Assembly: GCA_965240325.2 (NCBI GenBank) | Contig: OZ251236.1 | Coordinates: forward strand, 1,612,001 to 1,676,000 | Reading direction: 5' to 3' | Origin: Rebecca billardiae RCC1528 | Taxonomy: Eukaryota > Protista > Haptophyta | DNA: 64,000 nucleotides | Shown: one piece after another, positions 11,501 through 17,500 of the stretch | Layout of the letters: every line of letters begins with the position of its first letter | Position numbering within the stretch: the stretch's first letter is position 1 | Translations under genes and position numbers: made by a program | Notes under the pieces: model-generated | What the model was told of the DNA's origin: nothing | Databases searched by the model: none | What the model saw: only the letters and a program-made list of their open reading frames with translations

Positions 11501-14500
11501 CGTTCCCACCGCCGAGCCCGCCGAGCCCGCCGCCCGCGCCGCCGCCCAGCCCGCCGCCGAGCCCGCCGCCGGGCGCGCCGCCCGCACCGCCGCCGAGCGC
11601 GCCGCCGAGCGCGCCACCGAGCGAGCCACCGAGCGCGCCGCCGCCGGCGCCACCGCCGTCCTCGCCGCCGCAGCCGCCGCCGCGCCCGCCGCCGCGCCCG
11701 CCGCCGCCGAGCCCGCCGCCGGCCCTGCCGCCGCCGCCTCGCGCTGAGCCGTTCCCGCCGCCTGCGCCGCCAAGCCCGCCGCCGCGCCCGCCTCCGCCGC
11801 GCCCGCCGCCGAGCCCGCCACCGAGCCCGCCGCCCTTGCCGCCGCCGCCACCACCCGGCACGCCCCCGGCGTCGCCGCCCTCGCCACCGCCGCCGCCGCC
11901 GCCGCACGCGCCGCCTCTGCTGCCGCCCTCGCCGCCGCCCTCGCCACCGCCGATGCCGCCGCTGCCGTCGCTGCCACCCTCGCCGCCGCCTCGCCCGCCG
12001 CCGCCGAGTGCGCCGCCCTCGCCGCCGCCGCCGCCGCGCACCGAGCCGTTCCCGCCGCCGGCGCCGCCGAGCCCGCCGCCGAGCCCGCCGCCGAGCCCGC
12101 CCCCGCCGAGCCCACCACCCAGCCCGCCACCATCCCCACCGCCAAGCCCGCCCTCGCCGCCTCCGCTGCCTCCGCCGCGTGATCCGCCGAGCGCGCCGCC
12201 GAGCGCGCCGCCCACGCCGCCGCCCTCGCCGTCGCCGCGCCCGCCGCCTGGCGCGCCGCCGAGCTCGCCGCCGATGCCGCCGCCGAATCTGCCGCCGCAC
12301 GCGCCGCCGCCGCACCCGCCGCCCAGTCCGCCGCCTGGCACACCGCCGCCGATGCCTCCGCCCTCGCCGCCGCCTACGCCGCCGCCGCCGAGCCCGCCAC
12401 CGTCTCTGCCGCCGCCGCCGCGCACGGAGCCGTTCCCGCCGCCGGCGCCGCCGAGTCCGCCGCCGAATCCGCCGCCGAGCCCGCCACCGCAGAGTCCGCC
12501 GCCGAGCCCCTCTCCGCCTTCGTCCCCCAGCCCGCCCTCGCCGCCTCCGCCGCCTCCGCCGACCACGCCGCCGAGCGAGCCGCCGACCACGCCGCCAGCA
12601 CCGCCGCCCACGCCACCGCCACCGCCGCCGCCGCCCGCGCCGCCGCCGCGCCCGCCGCCGGTGCCGCCGACACCGCCGCCGCCGCCGCGCACGGAGCCCT
12701 TCCCGCCGCCGGCGCCGCCGAGCCCGCCGCCAAGCCCACCTCCGTCACCACCGCCCAGCTCGCCACCGCCGCCGCCGCCATCGCCGCCGCCATCGCCGCC
12801 GCCGGGCCCGCCGCCGCACCCGCCGCCGAGCTCTCCGCCGCCGCTGCCGCCACCCAGCCCGCCGCCGCCGCCGCCGCCCGCGATCCGCGTGAGCGTGCTC
12901 GGCGGCAGCCGCGAGGGCGCGCCGCTCGGCTCGGACGACGCGGCGCTCGAGCTCGAGGGTGCGGGCTTTGACAGCCTGGCCGGCGGCGCGTTTGGCGAGA
13001 TCCAGTGCGCCTTCACGCGCGCCGACGGCGGCGGGGACGGTGGCGGCCCGCTGCTCTCGGGCGCGACGGTGCTGAGCGACGCGCGGCTGCGCTGCGCCAT
13101 GCCCGCCGCCGCCTCGTCCGGCGCCCCCTCCGCCGCGGGCGCGTACACCGTCGGCCTCGCCCTCGGCGCCGTGGGCGCGTCCACGGACGTGGATGTCTCC
13201 GGGCTCTTCGGCCCGGTCTCGTTTGAGCTGTACGACATGGCGGCCGTGTCGGTGCTCGAGCTGCGCCCGCCGGGCGGGCCGGTGGGCGGCGGCACGGCGG
13301 TCACGCTCGTGGGCTCGGGCTTTGCCGAGTACGGCGAGGGCCAGCTGTGCTGCGTGCTCGGCGGCGGCGGCTGCGCGGCGGCGGCGACGCTGCTGCCGCC
13401 GTCGGCGGCGGCGCCAACCCTGAGCCGCGCGCGCTGCGTGCTGCCGCCGCCGCTGGGCGGCGCGGCGGGCAGCGTGGCGCTCGAGCTCTCGCTTGGCGGC
13501 GGCAGCGCCGACTCGACCACCGCCTCGGCGCTGCCCTTCCTCGCGTACGACCCGCCCACCCTCGGCTCCGTCAGCCCGGCGAGCGGCGACGCGAACGGCG
13601 GCACGGAGGTGACGATCGGGGGCGCGGGCTTCGACGCGCTGGCCGGCGGCGCGCTGCTGGCCGTGCGCTTCGGCGACGCGCCCGCGCAGCCGCCGGCGCG
13701 CGTCACGGCGGGCGAGGTTGTCGTCTCCACGCGGTACGGCGCCGCGGGCCGCGCGCAGCTCCGCGTCTCGCTCAACGGCCAGCAGTTCACGCCCGCGGCC
13801 GCCGCGACGCCGCCGCCCGCGGGTGCGCTCGCGTTCACGTTCGTCGGCCTGCACGCGCCCGTGCTCGAGGGTGTGGCGTTCAACGGCGCGGCGACGCTGA
13901 TGGTGCTGCGCTTCGACGCGCAGCCGACCGACCGCGCGGGCATGGGCAGCGGCATGGGCGAGTGCTCGCGCGTCCTCGACGACGACACCGTCGCGCTGGT
14001 CGGCGGCGGCGCGGCCGCGGCCGCGGCCGCGCCGCCGCAGTGCTACTGGACGGACGACTCGACGCTCGTCGCGCGGCTGAGCTCGGCGACGCTCGTGCGC
14101 GCCGGCTCGGAGGTGGGCGTGCGCGCGGGCGCGCTGCGCCCCGAGCAGTGCGGCACGCCGTGCGCCGCCGCCCTCGCCTCCGCCGCCGCGCGCGCCGCCA
14201 TCGACGCGGACGCGCCGTGCGGCGAGGGCGTGCCGTGCCCGACGCCTGTCGCAGCCGTGTCGGGCCCGGCGGTGCTCTCGGCGTGCCCGGGCGCGTCGCT
14301 CGCGCTCGACGGCTCCGCCTCGTCGCGCGGCGGCATCGGGCCCGCCGCCTTTGAGTGGCGCGTCGACCCGAGCCGCTCGGCGCGCGCGGCGTCGCTCAAC
14401 GCGCGGCTGAGCGCGCTGCCGGCGCGCACGCCTCAGCTCTCGCTCGGCGGGCCCGGTGCGGCCTCGCCGACCGAGCTCGGCGTGAGCGGCTCGTTCGTGT

Positions 14501-17500
14501 TCGTGCTGCGCGTCACGTCGTTCCTTGGCGTGCCCTCCGCGCCCGCCGAGTGGCCCGTGTCGCGCGGCGACGGCGCCAGCCCGATCCTCGCCATCGACGG
14601 CGCGCCCGAGCTGCGCGCGCGCGCCTCCGAGCCCACGCTGCTGAGCGGGCGCGCGGAGCTCGCGCCGTGCTGGCCGCCGAGCTTCGAGCCGGCGATGGTG
14701 TTCAGCTGGGCGCTCGAGGGCGCGGCGCAGGTGGGCGGCGGCGCGAACGCGAGCAGCAGCGCCTCCGCCGGCGAGCTCGCCGCCGCGACGGACGTGCTGC
14801 TCGCGCGCCTCGCGTCCGCGCGCACCGCGGTGCTGCAGCTGCCGCCGCACTCGCTGGCCGCCGGCTGGGCGTACGACCTGGCGCTCACGGCGAGGATGGC
14901 GGCGGCACCCGCGCAGGCGTCGACGGCACGCGTGCGCGTGCGCGTCGCGCGGCAGCCGCTGCGCGCGGTGATCGCCGGCGGCGACCGCCGCGTGCCGAGC
15001 TCGCTGCGCCTCGCCGTCGACGCCTCCGCGTCATTCGACCCCGATGCGCCGACGGCCGACGGCGGCGACGGCGGCATGCCGCCGCTGTCGTTCGCGTGGA
15101 GCGTGGCGAACGCGAGCTCGCTCGAGCCGGTGGCTCTCGAGCCGTCCGCGGCGAACGCAAGCGGCGCGCTCTTCGAGCTTGCGCCCGGCACGCTGCCGCC
15201 GGGCGTGTACGCGCTCACCGTGCGCGTGTCCGCGCCCGGCCGCGCGCCCGCGGCCGCGTCGGTGACGGTCGAGGCGGTGCCGGGCGCGGTGCCCACGCTC
15301 GGCTTCGAGCCGCTCGGGCGGCGCAAGTGGCCGGCGGTGTTCGACCGGAACCCCGAGCGGCTGACTATTAACGCGCGCCTCGACGCCGCCTCGCGCGCGC
15401 TCGAGGCGGCGGGGCAGGCGCGCTTCAGCTACGAGTGGAGCGCGCGGCGCGTGGGCGCGGCCGGCGCGCTCGAGCCCGCCGGTCTCGACCTCGCGGACAG
15501 CGAGCGGGTGACCACGACGGGCGCGGCGCTGCGCACGGTCGCGATCCGCAGCGGCGCGCTCGCGCCCGGTGCGACGTACGCATTCCGCCTTGCCGTGCTC
15601 GGCGGCGCGCAGCCCGCGTACACGGAGGTGCGCGTCACGATCAATCGGCCGCCGTACGGCGGAGGGCTCGAGGTGGCGCCGGCGTCGGGCGTGGCGCTGC
15701 AGACGAGCTTTGCGCTGTACGCGGCGGGGTGGGCGGAGGACGACGAGGAGGACCTGCCGCTGAGCTACGCGTTCTCGCACGCGCCGCTCGGCACCGACGC
15801 CGTCGCCGCCGTCGCCGCGCTCGGCGCCGCCTCCGCCTCTGCCTCGGCGAGCGCGCTTCTCCCCGCGGGCAACCGCACGCTCACCGTCAGGGTGGCGGAC
15901 GCGCTCGGCGGCGCGGCGCACGCGCACGCGGCCGTGGCCGTCGCGCCGCCCGGCGAGGGCGCGGGGCTACTCGACTCGGTGCTCACGCGCGCGTACGCCG
16001 CGGTCGCGACGGGCGCGGCCGAGACCGCCACGCAGCTCGTGAGCGCCCTCGCCGACGCGCTTGACGCGACGCCCGCGGGCGGCGACAACGCCACCGTCGC
16101 CTCGGCCACGCTCGCTCAGCTGCTCGAGCTCACGGCGGGCGCGGCGGAGGCGTCCGCGCCGACCGCCGAAGCACGCGCGGCGAGCGCGTCCGCGCTCGCC
16201 GCCGTGCTCGAGGCCGCGCCGCCCGGCGCGTTCGACGCCTCCGCGCAGACCGCGGGCCTCGAGCAGGTCGCCGCCCTCGCGTCGCAGTCGGCCGCGTCGG
16301 GCGTCGACGGACCGACCGCGGCCGCGCTGCTGCGCGCGGCGGACGCGGCGCTCTCCGCCGACACCGACGCCGACGCGCCGCTGAGCGCGGCGGAGGCGGA
16401 GGCCGTGGGCGGAGCGGCGACGAGCGCGGTGGGCGCGCTCGCCATCGCGCTGCTCGCCGGCGCCGTGTCGGGCGAGGCGCCCTTCGAGGCCGTGGGCAAG
16501 GCCATCAACGTGAGCGCGACGCGTGCGGACGCGGGCGCGCTCGGCAACATCACGCTGCCCGGGCCGGGCGGCGCGGGCTCGGTGGGCGTGCCGGCGAGCG
16601 TGTTCGGCGGCGTGCCGCTCGAGCTGCTCGAGGGCGGCGTCGACGTCGTGCTCTGGTCCTCGGCGCGCAACGTGCACGGCGACCCGTCGACGCAGGCGAA
16701 CGGCACGGCCGTGGCGTCGGGGCTGGTGACGCCCGTCTTCTCCGTCACGCTCTACTCGGCGTCGGCCGGGCTGGCGCTCACCATCTCCGACCTGCCGGAC
16801 GAGGGGCGCGTGCTGATCGAGGTGCCCGGGCTCGAGGGCGCGGGCGGCGCGGGCGAGTGGGGCTGCGTGTGGTGGGACGAGGGCGCGAGCGCGTGGCTCG
16901 ACGACGGCTGCGAGACGGTGGTCGCGCGTGCGGACGACGGCTCGCTCGCGCGCTACTGCGCGTGCACGCACCTGACCGACTTTGCGGGCGTGGCCGTGCC
17001 GACGGACGCGGACGCGGCGCGCACCGAGGTGGTCGAGTTCAACATCAACACGCTCTCCCTTGATGACGCCGCTGCAGCCGTCGGCGTCGGCTCCGGCCCC
17101 GTCCTCGCGCGCAACCCGTACATCTTCTGGCTGGTGGTGGCGATGAGTGCCGGCTGCGGACTCAGCGTGGCGCTGTTCGGGGCGCGCGACTTGCGCGACC
17201 ACGCGCGGCGCAAGGAGCGCATCCGGCGGCTGCTCGCGAGCGAGGCCGGGCCCGCCGGCGGGCTGCCGGCCTCGCCGGCCTCGCCGGCCAAGCCCTCTCT
17301 CTTCCAGCGCCGCGCGGCCAAGCTCCAGGCGGAGGAGGACGCCCTGTTTGGCGGCTCACCGTGGCGGCCCGCGCCCGCCGACGCGCCCGCCGCCGTCGGC
17401 ACGCACAGCCGGCCCGCCTCCTCCTCCGTCCCGGGGCCGCGCTTGGTGGCGCCGGCGGACGGCGGGGACGCGGGCGGGAGCGTGGCTCGCGCGCCGGCCC

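Noticed and set aside
2727-13988. Huge poly-Gly, poly-Arg and poly-Ala ORFs (2727-10166, 3821-11263, 3857-10912, 11352-13988)
   Set aside because: These are shadow frames of the CCG-rich SPPP repeat; stops are absent because of base composition.
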